Positions 40,131 to 57,431 of a stretch of 64,000 nucleotides of DNA are shown here, piece by piece. The stretch is from Dictyostelium discoideum (taxonomy: Eukaryota), in assembly GCA_000004695.1 (NCBI GenBank), contig CM000150.2:4320001-4384000 (forward strand), read 5' to 3'. Within the stretch, counting starts at the first letter, position 1. Each line of letters opens with the position of its first letter. A model generated the notes under the pieces. That model was given only the letters and a program-made list of their open reading frames with translations. It had not been told where the DNA came from and made no database searches. Made by a program: the position numbers and the translations under genes.

Positions 40131-40750
40131 AAAAAAAAAAAAAAATCAAAAAAAAATTATCCAATATTTGTTGTGATATAATTGCAACTGAGTTGGGAAA
40201 AAAAAAAAAAAAAAGCTTTTAAAAAGAAAAAAAAAAAAAAAGGGCGCCACAAGTGTCGGTTATAATTTTTTATTTTTTTTAAATTTTTATTTTTTTCAAT
40301 TTTTTTTTTTTTTGTATTTTTTTATTTTTTTTTTATTTTTTTATTTTTTTTTTTTTTTATAATTTTTTTTTTTGAATTTTTTTTTTTTATATAAATTTTT
40401 AATTTTTTTTTTTTTATTTTTTTTTTTTTTTTATTTTTTTTTATTTCCAAATTTTTTTTGGTGACTTAATTTTTAACACACTAAATTTGTGCCACAAAAA
40501 CAAATTCACTCATTAAAAAGTTTTTTTTATTTTTCAAAAAAATTTTTTTTTTTATTTTTTTTTAATTTTTTTTTTTTTTTTTTATAAATTTTCTAGACAG
40601 TTATAAAAAACAATAAAATAATAGTTATAATAATTAAAAATAATAATAATAAAATAACAAAAAATAGAATAAATTATTATTATTATAATATTTGTTTTTA
40701 TATTTATATATACAATCTATCAAATAATAATTTTATATAAATAAATAAAT

Positions 40751-40791
<41 letters not shown>

Positions 40792-40880
40792 TTTATTTTA
40801 TTTTTTTAATTTAAAAAAAAAATAATAGTAAATTAAATATAAATATAAATATTTTTTATTTTTTTTTTAAAAAAAAAAAA

Positions 40881-41880
40881 ATGTCATTAGAACAACAGGA
40901 TGAAACAGTAGTTGAAGAAGAAACAAAAACAAGTTTTGAAACAAATAATTCAACTGCCAATAATACCAACAACAATACAGATAATACATATAAGGAGGAA
41001 ATTTTAAAGAGTACCGAATCTATAACTCGAAATGATGATAAAGTTGATCCCACTTCAGCAACAGCATTAGAAAAAGATATAATAAATAATGGTGAATATA
41101 GTGGAAGTAGCAGTAGTAGTGGTAATAATAATATTAATGGTAGTAATAATATAAAAAATATAGTTATTGAAAAAGTTGAGCAATTAGAAAGAGTGGTTGT
41201 TAATAATAATAATGGTGATGAGAATAATAAAGATATTCACGATAGTAGCAACAATACTGAAGATATTGATATTAGCAAGTCACATATTATAAAATACGAT
41301 AAAGATGAAATGTCAACTATATCTACAATACACTATTCAGATGATGAAAGTTCAAAAGAAAAACAAGATAACATTAATAGTAATAATAATAATAATAAAA
41401 ATAAAAATGAACAAATTATAAATAGTGAGAATATATTAGATACTCCTATGACAGAAGCTTCAGATCAAACAACTCCTTCTGATACACCACCAACTTTAAC
41501 AAATAACACATCATCAACAACTACTACTACTACCACCAACAATACAACAACTGCTGCAACTACTACAACCAATAGCAGAAGAAAACGAAATTCTCTTAGT
41601 ACACCTTCTAGGTATGTACCTTAATATATATATATATATTTTTTTAATATTACATTCTTTTTATACCTTTTCCTTTCTCTTTTTTTTCTTTTTTTCTTTT
41701 TTTTTTTTTTTCTTTTTTTTTTTCAATATATTAAATGGAATAAAGACAAATAAATAAAACTTTTTTTAAAAAAAAACAAAAAAAACAAAACAAACCAAAA
41801 AAACCAAAAAAAAAAACAAAAACCAAAAAAAAACAAAATCAATTTCAAGTGAATTTTATTTTTATTTTATTATATTTCCT

Positions 41881-41925
<45 letters not shown>

Positions 41926-44077
41926 AGTTTATATTTTTACATACTTTTTTAAAAGATTATATATTTATTCAATTTTTTTATTTTTATTTTTATTTTTTTT
42001 TTTAGTGAAATGGATCCAGTATTAGATTCAACATCAGAAAATAATACAACTAGAAAGACTAGAGGTTCAAGAAATTCTAAAAAAGAACCAGAAGAACTTT
42101 TACTAACACCAGAACAAGCAAAAGAATTATCAAATAAAAGTAAAAAATGGATATATGTCCCAATTATTGAAGCAGAAGCCAAAAAAGAAGAAGTTCTTCC
42201 TGCAAAGAGAGATAGAAAACAAGTATTTAACGAAAATATATTTTCATCATCAAGAAAATCAACAACAAAAGGTGGTGAAAAGAAAAATGATACAGCATCA
42301 ACAACCAATACACCAATTATAACAGCACAACAAAATACTACACCATTATCACCAACACAAACAACAACAACAACAACAACACCAACAACAACCACTGCAC
42401 AACAAAATACACCAGCACAAACAGAATCAAAACCACCAACAACCATTTCAATAAATATTAAAGGATCAAAATCACCAAAAACAACTGGTGGTAAACAACA
42501 GAAACCAACTCCACCTTCACCAGTGGTTATATCACAACCAGTAGTCCCATCTACACCAGTAGTTGCTACTACTAAAAAAACAAATAGTAGATCTAAAAGG
42601 TCAACTGCAAACAACAACAGTGAAACCACACAAACACCAGAAGTTGTTATTTCAGCACCAACTACAACTACGGCTGCCATTACAACACCAATAAATATAA
42701 CACCATCTTCTGATTCTGCAACTATTCAACAATTACAACAATCAATTTCAATGTTGGAGGATAAAATAAGATTAATTAGCTCAAATAATAAAGTAGCAAC
42801 CGAAATTTTAAATAATACAATAACAACAACTACAACAACAGCAGCAACATCAGCAATAAAAGATGAAGAAATTATCGAAAATACAGAATTACAAACAACT
42901 TTTACAAAAAGTTCAACTTTAGCACCACCTTCATCAGAAAGAAAATATTCAAATTTATATAGCGATGACGAAGACGATACTGAAATGGTAGATGTCTCTG
43001 TATCAATACCAATACCAATACCAATACCAACACCAACTCAAACCACAACTAAAAAAACAACTTTATCAAAAAAAAGAAAATCGAATACATCAACTATAAT
43101 ACCCACAACAACAATACAACAAGAACAAGGACAAGAACAAGGGCAACAACAACCACCACAACAACAACAACCACCACAACAACAACAACCACCACAACAA
43201 CAACAACCACCACAACAACAACCACCACAACAATCAACTTCACCATCAAAAACACAACAAGAAAATACATCATCAACCACTACTACAACAACCACTACTA
43301 CAACAACAACAAATACAGAAGATACAACAACTGTTATAGATAAAAAGCCAAAAAAGAAACCAAGACATTCAGCTCCATTGATACCACAAATAAAACCAAG
43401 ACTTCCATTGAACGGAGGTTCAAGTGAAAGAGCACAAAGATCATCAAGAGGTAGAATGGGTAAGGCAATGAGAGATGTTGTTTTAACACCAGTATTTAAG
43501 AGATGTTTAGATCTCTTGGAAGAACTTTTTGAACATCAACATTCTCCACCTTTTCTCGTTGCTGTGGATCCATACGCATTGGGAATCTTGGATTACTTTG
43601 ACGTCATCAAGCATCCAATGGATCTTGGAACTATTAAAGCCTCACTTATAGGTGGAGGTTACGATACCATTGATAAATTTGCCGAGGATTGTCGTTTGGT
43701 ATTTTCAAATGCTAAAACCTATAATCCTTCAACAAACCCTGTACATATTATGGCACAAAGCCTCGAAGATGTTTTTGAAAAAGGATTCCCAAAGGTTTTA
43801 ATTGAACCACCTTCACCACCACCAAAGAATGTCGATCAAGAAAAAATTGAAAAACTTTCAAATGATTTAAAAAATGTTACAAAAGAATTGGAAAAATTTA
43901 AAAAAGATGATAGTAATAGTATTAATAATAATAATAACAATAATAATAATTATAATAATAATAATAATAATAACAATAATAATAGTAGCAGTAGTAGTAG
44001 TAGATCTTCAAGTAGAAAGAGTCATAGTAGTGGTAGCAGTAGTAGTCATAGAAGTGGATCAAGTCGTTCAAGTCGTG

Positions 44078-44117
<40 letters not shown>

Positions 44118-44976
44118 CAGTAGTAGTAGTAGTAGCAGCAGCAGCAGTAGTAATAATAAAAAATATCCAAAGGTTACAACTGAAGAGAAAACAAAATTAG
44201 GTGCTGAAATTACTCAATTACCTGTAGATTTATTACCATCGATTCTCCAAATCATTCATAATACCAATTCATTACCTGAGCAAAAACCAGGTAGTGAAGT
44301 TGTTATTGATTTAATGAAATTTGATGACGATATATTAAGAAGATTGAGTAAATTTGTTGAACAATATAAAAATGGCGAAATACCACAACATGCCTTACCA
44401 TTGTCTGCTCCATCCTCTACTCACAGTAGCCATAGTAGTAGTCATGATTCAAGTAGTAACATTAGAGAAATTGAAAAACTTCAAAAACAACTCGATCGTT
44501 TGGGTAAAGGTCAACAAAATAGTAGTAGTAGTAGTAGCAGTAGTTCACACAGTAAAAGAATTTCAAAACCAATTTCAAAAGCTCGTGGTCGTAAAGTAAT
44601 TTCAACTAGCTCTTCAAATTTAAATAATAGTAGTAATAATATTAATAATAATAATAATAATATTAATAATTATAATAATAATAATAATTATAATAACAAT
44701 AATAATAATAATTTAAATAATAACAATAACAATAATATTAATAGCAACCTAAATAATAATTTAAATAATAATAATAACAAAGATGATATTGTAATTGATG
44801 GTTTCAAAAAAGAAAATTTCTCGTCTATCCCTGAAAAGGATGTAGAGACTGATATAAGTGAGTCTAGTGATAGTGAAAGTGATAGTGAAAGTGGCTCATC
44901 CGATTCAAGTAGTTCATATTCTGATTCTGATTTTAGTGATAGTGATAATGATAGACGTAGAAATTATAATAATAGT

Positions 44977-45013
<37 letters not shown>

Positions 45014-45935
45014 GTAGTAATAATTTCAATAATCAAAATAATAGTTATAATAATAGTAACAATAATAATAATAATAATAGTAGTAATAATAATAATAATA
45101 ATAACAATAATAATAGCAATAATAATAATAGTAATAACAATAATAATAATGTTAATAATAATAATAATAATCATAATAATAATAATCATAATAATAATAT
45201 TAATAATAATAATAATAATATAAATAATAATACAACTCAACCATCGCCATCACAACAATCTACATCACTAACAAATGAACCAATCAAACCACCAACCATC
45301 TTACAAACAGTTAAAAAACCTGCACTTCCGGTGACTGGTTCTGTTGCATCATGGAGTTTTGATCCAACAAATAATAAAGAATCTTCCTCATCATCATCTA
45401 CATCATCCACATCATCTACATCGAATACAACTTTAACACCAATCATTCAACAATCATCACTTACACATGCATCATCACCAATTTCTTCTTCAACATTTGT
45501 TTCCTTTTCATCTTCATCCTCAACCCCACCAACTAATAACTTATCTCCACCATCACCAGGTCTCCCAAATTCACCATCTATTAATTCACCATCCTCTCCA
45601 AGTGCAAATAATAATAATACCGATTCAGCATGGAACCATTTTAAAGCAAAGAATATTACATTAAAACAAAAGGAGAAAGAACGTGTTTTACAAGAAGAGG
45701 TATTAAGAAAAGAAAGAGAAGAAAAAGAAGAAGAACTTAAAAAAGAAGAAGAAAAGAAAAGAATTGAGATGGAAGAAATTAAAAGATTGGCAAAGGAGAA
45801 AGAAGAAAGAGAAGCTGAAGAAACAAGAAAACAAATTGAGTCTGAAAGAGCTGCTGCTAGAGAAGCAAGGGAAAAAGAAAAAGTATATTTTTATTTATAT
45901 AAATATACATATATATTTTTGTGAAAATCCACTAA

Positions 45936-45966
<31 letters not shown>

Positions 45967-46105
45967 ATTATTTTAGTTAAATAATTCCAAAGGAAACATG
46001 TCTTTTCAATATCAAATGGATGTGATGGCTTCTTTTGAGGACAATATCGATTCATCAGGTTCACTCTTAAACTTACAACTCAAACCTATTGAAGATCCGT
46101 TGTAA
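40881..46105 (+). CDS. BET-family-like bromodomain protein with ET/NET domain and extensive homopolymer tracts, about 1590 aa; exons 40881..41611, 42006..45882, 45977..46105 (last exon tentative)
   Basis: Exon 1 (Ser/Asn/Thr-rich) ends TCTAG|GTATGT (phase 2) and joins tttag|T in frame with MDPVLDS. Bromodomain: FLVAVDPYALGILDYFDVIKHPMDLGTIKASLIGGGYDTIDKFAEDCRLVFSNAKTYNPSTNPVHIMAQSLEDVFEKGF. ET domain: EEKTKLGAEITQLPVDLLPSILQIIHNTNSLPEQKPGSEVVIDLMKFDDDILRRLSKFVEQY. Lys/Glu coiled-coil tail. Poly-T, (QQQPP)n, poly-S and poly-N runs. Possible final 43-codon exon after AAA|GTATAT. Confidence 0.75.
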
Positions 46106-46267
46106 AACTATCAATCAAGATTTGGTTTTTTAAAAAAAAAAAAATATAAAAAAAAATATAAAAAAAAATATAAAAAAAAAAGAAAAAATACAAAAAGAAG
46201 GTCCATTAAAAAAAAAGAATAATTAAATAATAATAATAATAATTATATAAAAAAAGATAACAACTTC

Positions 46268-46300
<33 letters not shown>

Positions 46301-46497
46301 GCCTCATTCAAATTTATTTCTTCTATCAAATTAGGTGGTTTTTATTGGGTAATTTTTTTTTTTTTTTTTTTTTTACCTTTTTCTTCTTTTTAGTGATCCA
46401 ATGGACCAAAAAAAAAAAAAATATCAACCTTTTTTTCACAAATTATATATACATTGTTTAAATTATATTTATCTAAAATAAACTATTTTTTTTTTTT

Positions 46498-46914
46498 TCA
46501 CTTTAAAATTTTTTCAATAAAATCTTGGATTATTTTAATTGCTTTCTTTTCCCTATCTTCATAAGAACCATCCAATAAATTATATTCTATTTCAAATTCT
46601 TTACATTTTTCAATTAATTTAGATTGAAATAATTCTCTTTCTTTTTCTTCTGGAATTAATCTAAGTTCGTCACTTTTTAAAAAATAAAATAAAGATTAAT
46701 ATTTAATTTTTCAGTAATAAATAAATAATAAATAATAAATAATAAAACTATAATTATTTTTTAATTTCTTACTTTACCCATTTAGTTTTATAATCTAAAA
46801 ATAGATATAAGTCATATTTACTTTCTTTTGCAATTTTTAGTAATTCATTGGAATAATATCCAATTAATTTATCACTCCACTTTTTTTGTTTTTTTTTTTC
46901 AAAAAATTTATTTA

Positions 46915-46948
<34 letters not shown>

Positions 46949-47403
46949 GTTAATAATGGTAAATAATTTTCTGTTTTAAAAAAAAAAATTAAAAAAAATA
47001 ATATTTACAAGTAAAGTTACTAAAGGACATGTATCACAGATTAAAAAATTTGGATTATTATTTCTATCTATTGATAACTTTTCTAAATCTAATTGACCAT
47101 TCGCAACATTTAAAAAATCACTTTCGCCTATTTATAGTTTAAAAAAGAAAAATTGTTATTAGAACGAAATTAAAATTTTTAATAAAAAAAAAAAAAATAA
47201 AAAAAATAAAAAAAATAAAAAAAATAAAAAAAAACAATAATTAAAGACTTACAAAATGGATTTTTATCAAAATCTCTATTTTTAAAATATTCAATTGCAT
47301 ATTCCTCAACCCAAGGGCGATTAAAATATTTTGATAAACTTTTTGAAATTGTTGTTTTAAATGTTGATTCACCACCAATAATACAAATTTTTTTGGTTTT
47401 CAT
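46498..47403 (-). CDS. NadR/AAA_28-family P-loop ATPase (putative nicotinamide riboside/nucleotide kinase-like); exons c(47253..47403), c(47009..47127), c(46773..46879), c(46498..46672)
   Basis: MKTKKICIIGGESTFKTTISKSLSKYF (GGESxGKT-type Walker A). Donors GTAAGT, GTAAAT, GTAAGA with phase-consistent joins. Reads ...NPFCESDFLNVANGQLDLEKLSIDRNNNPNFLICDTCPLVTLL|WSDKLIGYYSNELLKIAKESKYDLYLFLDYKTKWVN|DELRLIPEEKERELF... Exon 3 acceptor is the least certain. Confidence 0.5.
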
Positions 47404-48121
47404 TTATTTTTTTGGTTTGAATGTGTGTTGGTGAAATAAAGAAGAAAAAAAAAAAAAAAAAAAAAAAAGGATTGTGAATGGGTGTCTATTAATATGATTA
47501 TTGATTTATATTGTTTTGTTTATTGATGGCGAAAAATGAAAAAAAAAAAATTGAAAAAAATTAAAAAACGAAAAATAAAAAAAAGATATTTTTTTAGTTT
47601 TGAGAAATGGGTTGTGTTTTTTTAAAAAAAAAAAAAGTGGGAATAAAATTATTACTAAACATAACAAAAGAAGTTTTTTTTTTTAACACACCTAAATTTT
47701 TATTTAAGAGATTCAAATATTAACTATTCGTTTTTTGACAGATTCAAATATTAACTATTCGTTTTTTTTTTTTTTTTTTTTTTTTTTTCAAAGTCAGGTC
47801 GGAAAATGTAAATGAATTTTTAAAAATCTCCTTTAGACCAAAAAAAATAAAATGGTAATGGTCCCATTACCCCCGATTAATAAAATTTTTTTTTTTTTTC
47901 AGTTTTTTTTTTTTTATTTTTCAACAATTTTTTATTTTTTTTTTTTTATTTTTTTTTTTTTTCTCTCTTTATTTCACCAACACACATTCAAACCACACAA
48001 ATACATATATATATTTTTTTTTTATTTCTAAAAATATTACTTTTATTTTTTTAAAAATAAAAAAAAAAAAAAAAAATAAAAAAATAAAAAAATAATAAAA
48101 TAAAAATAATAATAATAATAA

Positions 48122-48155
<34 letters not shown>

Positions 48156-48157
48156 TA

Positions 48158-48757
48158 ATGCAAGAATCTAAATACCAAGAATTACAAAAACAAGCAGAAA
48201 AATCAGTTAAGGAATCAATGACATTATTCCAGGATTGGCCAAATAAAGGTGTTGGATTTCAAGATATTTCAAATCTATTTTTATGTTATGATAAATTTTC
48301 AGATGTTTTAGATTATTATGAACATAGATTTAGTGATGTTGATTTAGTAGTGGGACTTGAAGCTAGAGGTTTCATATTGGGTACAGCATTTGCACAACGT
48401 ATGAAATTACCAATGATGATGATTAGAAAGAAGGGAAAATTACCAGGTCCATGTTTCCGTGAATCTTATAAAAAGGAGTATGGAACTGATGAATTTGAAG
48501 TTCAAGAGAAAGCTTTATCAAAAGTTGTAGTAAAACCTTCTAAAAAATATCACGTATTAATCATGGACGATATTTTGGCCCCTGGTGGTACAATGGCTGC
48601 TTCCATAGAGTTGACAAAAAAAGTATTAATAAATAATGGAATTAAAGATTTCAAAATTTCAACTTCTCTCATCAGTAGTATTAAAGTATTAAATGGTAAA
48701 GAAAAAATTTATGAAAAATATAATGATGTCAGTGTTGATATTATAATTGAAATGTAA
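48158..48757 (+). CDS. aprt: Adenine phosphoribosyltransferase
   Basis: Single ORF. PRTase type I motifs: VVGLEARGFILGTAFAQRMKLPMMMIRKKGKLPGP, HVLIMDDILAPGGTMAASIEL (PRPP-binding). Colinear with APRT. ATG at 48158. Confidence 0.9.
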   Translation: MQESKYQELQKQAEKSVKESMTLFQDWPNKGVGFQDISNLFLCYDKFSDVLDYYEHRFSDVDLVVGLEARGFILGTAFAQRMKLPMMMIRKKGKLPGPCFRESYKKEYGTDEFEVQEKALSKVVVKPSKKYHVLIMDDILAPGGTMAASIELTKKVLINNGIKDFKISTSLISSIKVLNGKEKIYEKYNDVSVDIIIEM

Positions 48758-48765
48758 ATAAGAAT

Positions 48766-48801
<36 letters not shown>

Positions 48802-49392
48802 AAAAATGAATTAAAAAATAAATTTTTAAAAAAAAAAAAAATAATCAAACCAAAATGAAAAAAAAATTATTTCAAAACAATCATCCTTTTTTTTTTTTGA
48901 CTTTTTTTTTATTTTGATTTTTTTTTTTTTTTTTTTTGTGAAATTTTATTTGAATAAAAGGAACACTGAAAATTTTTTTTTTTTTATTTTATTTTATTTT
49001 TATTTTTTTTTTTTATTAAATTTTTTTTTTTTTTTTATTATTTTCCAAAACACAACAAAAAAAATAGATCTTTTCTTTCTTTCTTTTTTTATATTTTTAT
49101 TTTTTTTTTTTTCTTTTCTATTTATATGTGAAATTTAGTAACTATCATCCAATTTGGATCGGGTTTAAGGATATTTTTAAAGTTAGATTGCCCAAAAAAA
49201 AAGACAAAAAATTTAATTTAATTTTTATTTTAAATTTTTTTTTTTTTTTTGAAAAAAAAAAAAAAAAAAAAAAAATCTTGCAATAATAAAAAAAGAAAAA
49301 AAGAGAAAAAAAAGAAATAGATTGTTGTATTATTAATTTTTTTAAATATAAAATCTTTTATTTTTAGTATTTTTTTTTTTTTTTCACATTCT

Positions 49393-49439
<47 letters not shown>

Positions 49440-49702
49440 TATTAACACACCACACTAAAAATAAAAAACAACCCAGCACTTGTATTATTATATCATTTTC
49501 AATTATTATTTTCACACACTAAATTTGTATGTAAAATTTTTTTTTTTTTTTTTTTTTTAATAAAATATCATTAACAAGAAAAAAAGGGACAAAAAAAAAA
49601 AAAAAAAAAAAAAAAGATATTAGATATAACTAAAAATATTGTATTATTAAAAAACAAAAACAAATAAAAACACCCAAATAAAAAATTGTACACCAAAAAA
49701 AA

Positions 49703-49734
<32 letters not shown>

Positions 49735-49736
49735 AA

Positions 49737-54066
<4,330 letters not shown>

Positions 54067-54175
54067 AAAAATAATAATTTAAATTAAAATAATTAAATAA
54101 ATAATAAATAAATAAAATAAATAAATAAAATAAATAATAAATAATAAATAATAAATAATAAATAATAAATAAAAT

Positions 54176-54283
<108 letters not shown>

Positions 54284-54787
54284 GATCATAATTACATTAA
54301 TATGATAATATATATATTTATATAGGAATACTAATAAACTTTAAAAAATAAAAAAAAAAACTCCAAGTTTTTTTTTTTAAGATATATATTTATAAATTTA
54401 ACTTTTAAGGGGTGTATCATTAAATTTTTTTTTTCATTAATTTTTTTTTTTTTTAAATTAAAAAAACCTTTTGCTAATTAATTTTTTATTTAATTTATGT
54501 TTTTTTAAGTTAAGTTTAAAATGTTGAGTGTTTAATAGTTGTGTGGGTGGCCCATGGAAGGTGATTATCCATTCATCGTTTCTCGTTGTTATAATGTAGT
54601 TAACGGTTGAATTAGATTTATCAAAACAATATCCATTTGAGGAGGATGATGCTTAATTAATTATTTGCGAGATCTAGATTTAGATATTTGCAATAGTAGA
54701 TGAATATTTAGATTTTTTTTTTATTTTTATAAGATTAACTAATTAAATAAATAACAAAACTAAATGATTAAATAATAATATTAAAAA

Positions 54788-54821
<34 letters not shown>

Positions 54822-55991
54822 GGATATTCATTGTAATTATTTTAATTTAATTATTCTAATTTAAAATTCTAATAGAATTGTTGGTACCCATCACCAGTAA
54901 GAAGAGAGTAGGTGACAGTGGATCACTTGTTTTACTCCTGTCACTACAATAGTTTGTTTCATCTATTAAAAATCTTCATGTTACGAGTCCTTTCTGATTA
55001 TTGTTAACAATTTTTGGGAGATAGGATATTAGTTTATTATTGCTTTAGATTGGATTTTGTATATACAGTTTGCCAAAGTCATCGGCTTCCGATTTTAAAT
55101 TGATTCTTTGGAATTGTGATAATCAGCCCTTCTTTATATTGGTTTTTAATGATAAGTGGATTCTTTATTGCATCATTGAAAGTTGATGCATGAACTTTGT
55201 TGTTGTAAATAGATTGCTCCTAAGGTATTTTCCCAGAGGAAGACCATTGGTATGATGCAATGGTCCATTGAGTCAACAAATTGGATGATTTAGAAATGCA
55301 CAAGAAAAATAAAAGAATTTAAAAAATGGACAGTTGACGAAGGTTTTCTTTGAATGTAAGGAAATGTGAGAATTGCTGTAAGGTCAACTTATTTGTTATT
55401 CACATCTACAAATTATATATAAAATAATTTTAAAAGGAAATTATAATTTAAAAAAAACTTTATGGGATTTTATTTCTTAACCATTTTCCCCTTAATCTCA
55501 AAAAAAAAAATAAAATTTTTTTTTTTTATTCTTTGAAATTTATTTCTCAAATATTTATTAGAAAACAGATTAACATAACAAAAACATGATAGATTTAATC
55601 TATGCAAAACATGGGTTAAAAATCTAAATTTAGTAAAATAAAAATTTTTAAAATAAAAAAGTATGAAAAAATGGGAAGTTTTTAAAATTCTTAAAACCAT
55701 AAACTCAAACCTAAAATCTCAAATGTCTTTTTTTATTACCTAATTAAAAAAAAAAAAAATTTCTTATTGTAAATAATGAAACTAATATTAAGTTAAAAAT
55801 TAATATTTTATATTTGAGCAATTTATTTTTTAAAAAAAAAAAAAATTTAAAAATATTTTTAATTATTAATTATTAATTATTATTATTATTAATTATTAAT
55901 TATTGATTATTAATTATTAATTATTATTAATTATTATTAATTATTATTAATTATTTATTATTTATTAATTATTAATTTTTTTTTTTTTTTT

Positions 55992-57095
55992 TTAAGGAAT
56001 CCAAATTGATAAACATTTATCATAAAATGAACAGCAACCAATGAATTGTTTATCAAAATTATTTTTATTAAAAGACCAATCAACACCATATGCAATAGAT
56101 TTATGAGGACCATTATAGGATTGTTCAATTTGTAATGTTGAGAAATCATTTATATTTTCAGGATCAGTTGATAAGATATGAAAACCACCACCCATACAAG
56201 CGGTAACTAATTTATTTTTTTGAAAAGGATGCCATTTAATACGCCAAATTCCACCACCTAAAGAATCTGTTGTTATTATTGGTTGTTTTAAAGATTTTAA
56301 ATCCCAAATTCTTAAACATTCATCATAACTACCAACTGCAATTAAATTTTCAATAGTTGGATGACAATGAATTGAAGTTACACCCATATCACATCTTTTG
56401 GTAAATTTTGGAGTTGGTGGTATACCAATGTCGTCGTCGTTATGATTCAACAATTGATTTAAATCCCAAATTTTAAATTTACAATCATCACCACCTGAAA
56501 ATACTATTGATTCATCATGATAATTGAATGCACAAATCCAAGCTTCATAATCATGTGCTTTCCATCTTTTCTCTTCTGTTACTTTTGAATAATCTTTTGT
56601 CACTTTAAATAAACCAATATTCCCATCACTAAAACTACAAATTAATTTATCACCACTTTTATTCCAATCTAATGATAATGATAATATATCATTTGATAAT
56701 GAAATTTCTGTTGAACTTTTTAATTCTAATTTCTTTTCAACTTCATCATATTGATAAATATTTAATTCACCTTTTGACATTACAACACCAAGTATTCTAT
56801 CTTTATTATTATTCCATTTCATATCTAAAATACCACTATTAAAATTAATATTTTGAATTTCTTTAAATAATTTATTATTATTATTATTTTCATTATTATT
56901 ATCATTTTCTTTTTGTTGTTGTTCTTCTTCAATTTCAAATAAATATAATTTCCCTTTTCTTCTTTCTTTATATTCTGTATCACCTTTTTCAATTTCATAT
57001 GTACCACATACAAATATATTATTATTAAATGGATAAAATTCAACACTATCTGATGTATAATCTAAATATTTAGTATTTTTTATTATTTCTGTCAT
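55992..57095 (-). CDS. WD40-repeat protein, DPH7/WDR85-like (diphthamide biosynthesis) - tentative orthology; single exon, 367 aa
   Basis: ATG at 57095. N-terminus LDYTSDSVEFYPFNNNIFVCGTYEIEKGDTEYKERRKGKLYLFEI resembles the DPH7 N-terminal signature. WD repeats (FSDGNIGLFKV, FSGGDDCKFKIWDL, AVGSYDECLRIWDL). An acidic/Asn insert is present. Confidence 0.55.
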   Translation of the reverse strand: MTEIIKNTKYLDYTSDSVEFYPFNNNIFVCGTYEIEKGDTEYKERRKGKLYLFEIEEEQQQKENDNNNENNNNNKLFKEIQNINFNSGILDMKWNNNKDRILGVVMSKGELNIYQYDEVEKKLELKSSTEISLSNDILSLSLDWNKSGDKLICSFSDGNIGLFKVTKDYSKVTEEKRWKAHDYEAWICAFNYHDESIVFSGGDDCKFKIWDLNQLLNHNDDDIGIPPTPKFTKRCDMGVTSIHCHPTIENLIAVGSYDECLRIWDLKSLKQPIITTDSLGGGIWRIKWHPFQKNKLVTACMGGGFHILSTDPENINDFSTLQIEQSYNGPHKSIAYGVDWSFNKNNFDKQFIGCCSFYDKCLSIWIP

Positions 57096-57186
57096 TTTTT
57101 TATTTTTATAATTTCGTTCGTTTTTTGGTGGAATTGAATATAAAATAAAAAAAAAAAAATAATAAAAAAAAGATCCTTTTTCTGAA

Positions 57187-57217
<31 letters not shown>

Positions 57218-57382
57218 TTTTTTTATTCCAATCACAACGCTTTGTCTAAAAAAAAAAAAAAAAAATTCATTGTTTTAAAAAAAAAGAATCAAATTATATT
57301 CAACCCTTTTTTATTTTTATTTATTATTTTTTTTTTCTGTACATATATAAATTCAATTTGTGTTTATTTTTTTAAAAAACAA

Positions 57383-57413
<31 letters not shown>

Positions 57414-57431
57414 AAAATAAAATAAAAAAAA

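Noticed and set aside
43038-45240. Multiple V/I/C/Y-rich ORFs on both strands (43038..43295-, 43094..43276-, 43874..44200+, 43922..44170-, 44858..45223+, 44914..45240-)
   Set aside because: Off-frame and antisense translations of the poly-Gln/Pro, poly-Ser and poly-Asn coding repeats of the BET-like gene.
45883-45924. C-terminal tail VYFYLYKYTYIFL of track ORF 42010..45924
   Set aside because: AT-rich, begins with a GTATAT donor. A downstream GC-normal exon (45977..46105) in phase offers a more protein-like ending. Kept only as the alternative model.
49230-49736. Poly-Lys ORF 49230..49448(-) and the poly-Lys N-terminus of track ORF 49686
   Set aside because: Poly(A) promoter tracts. The credible initiator is ATG 49737 (MVHFKRKSEP…).
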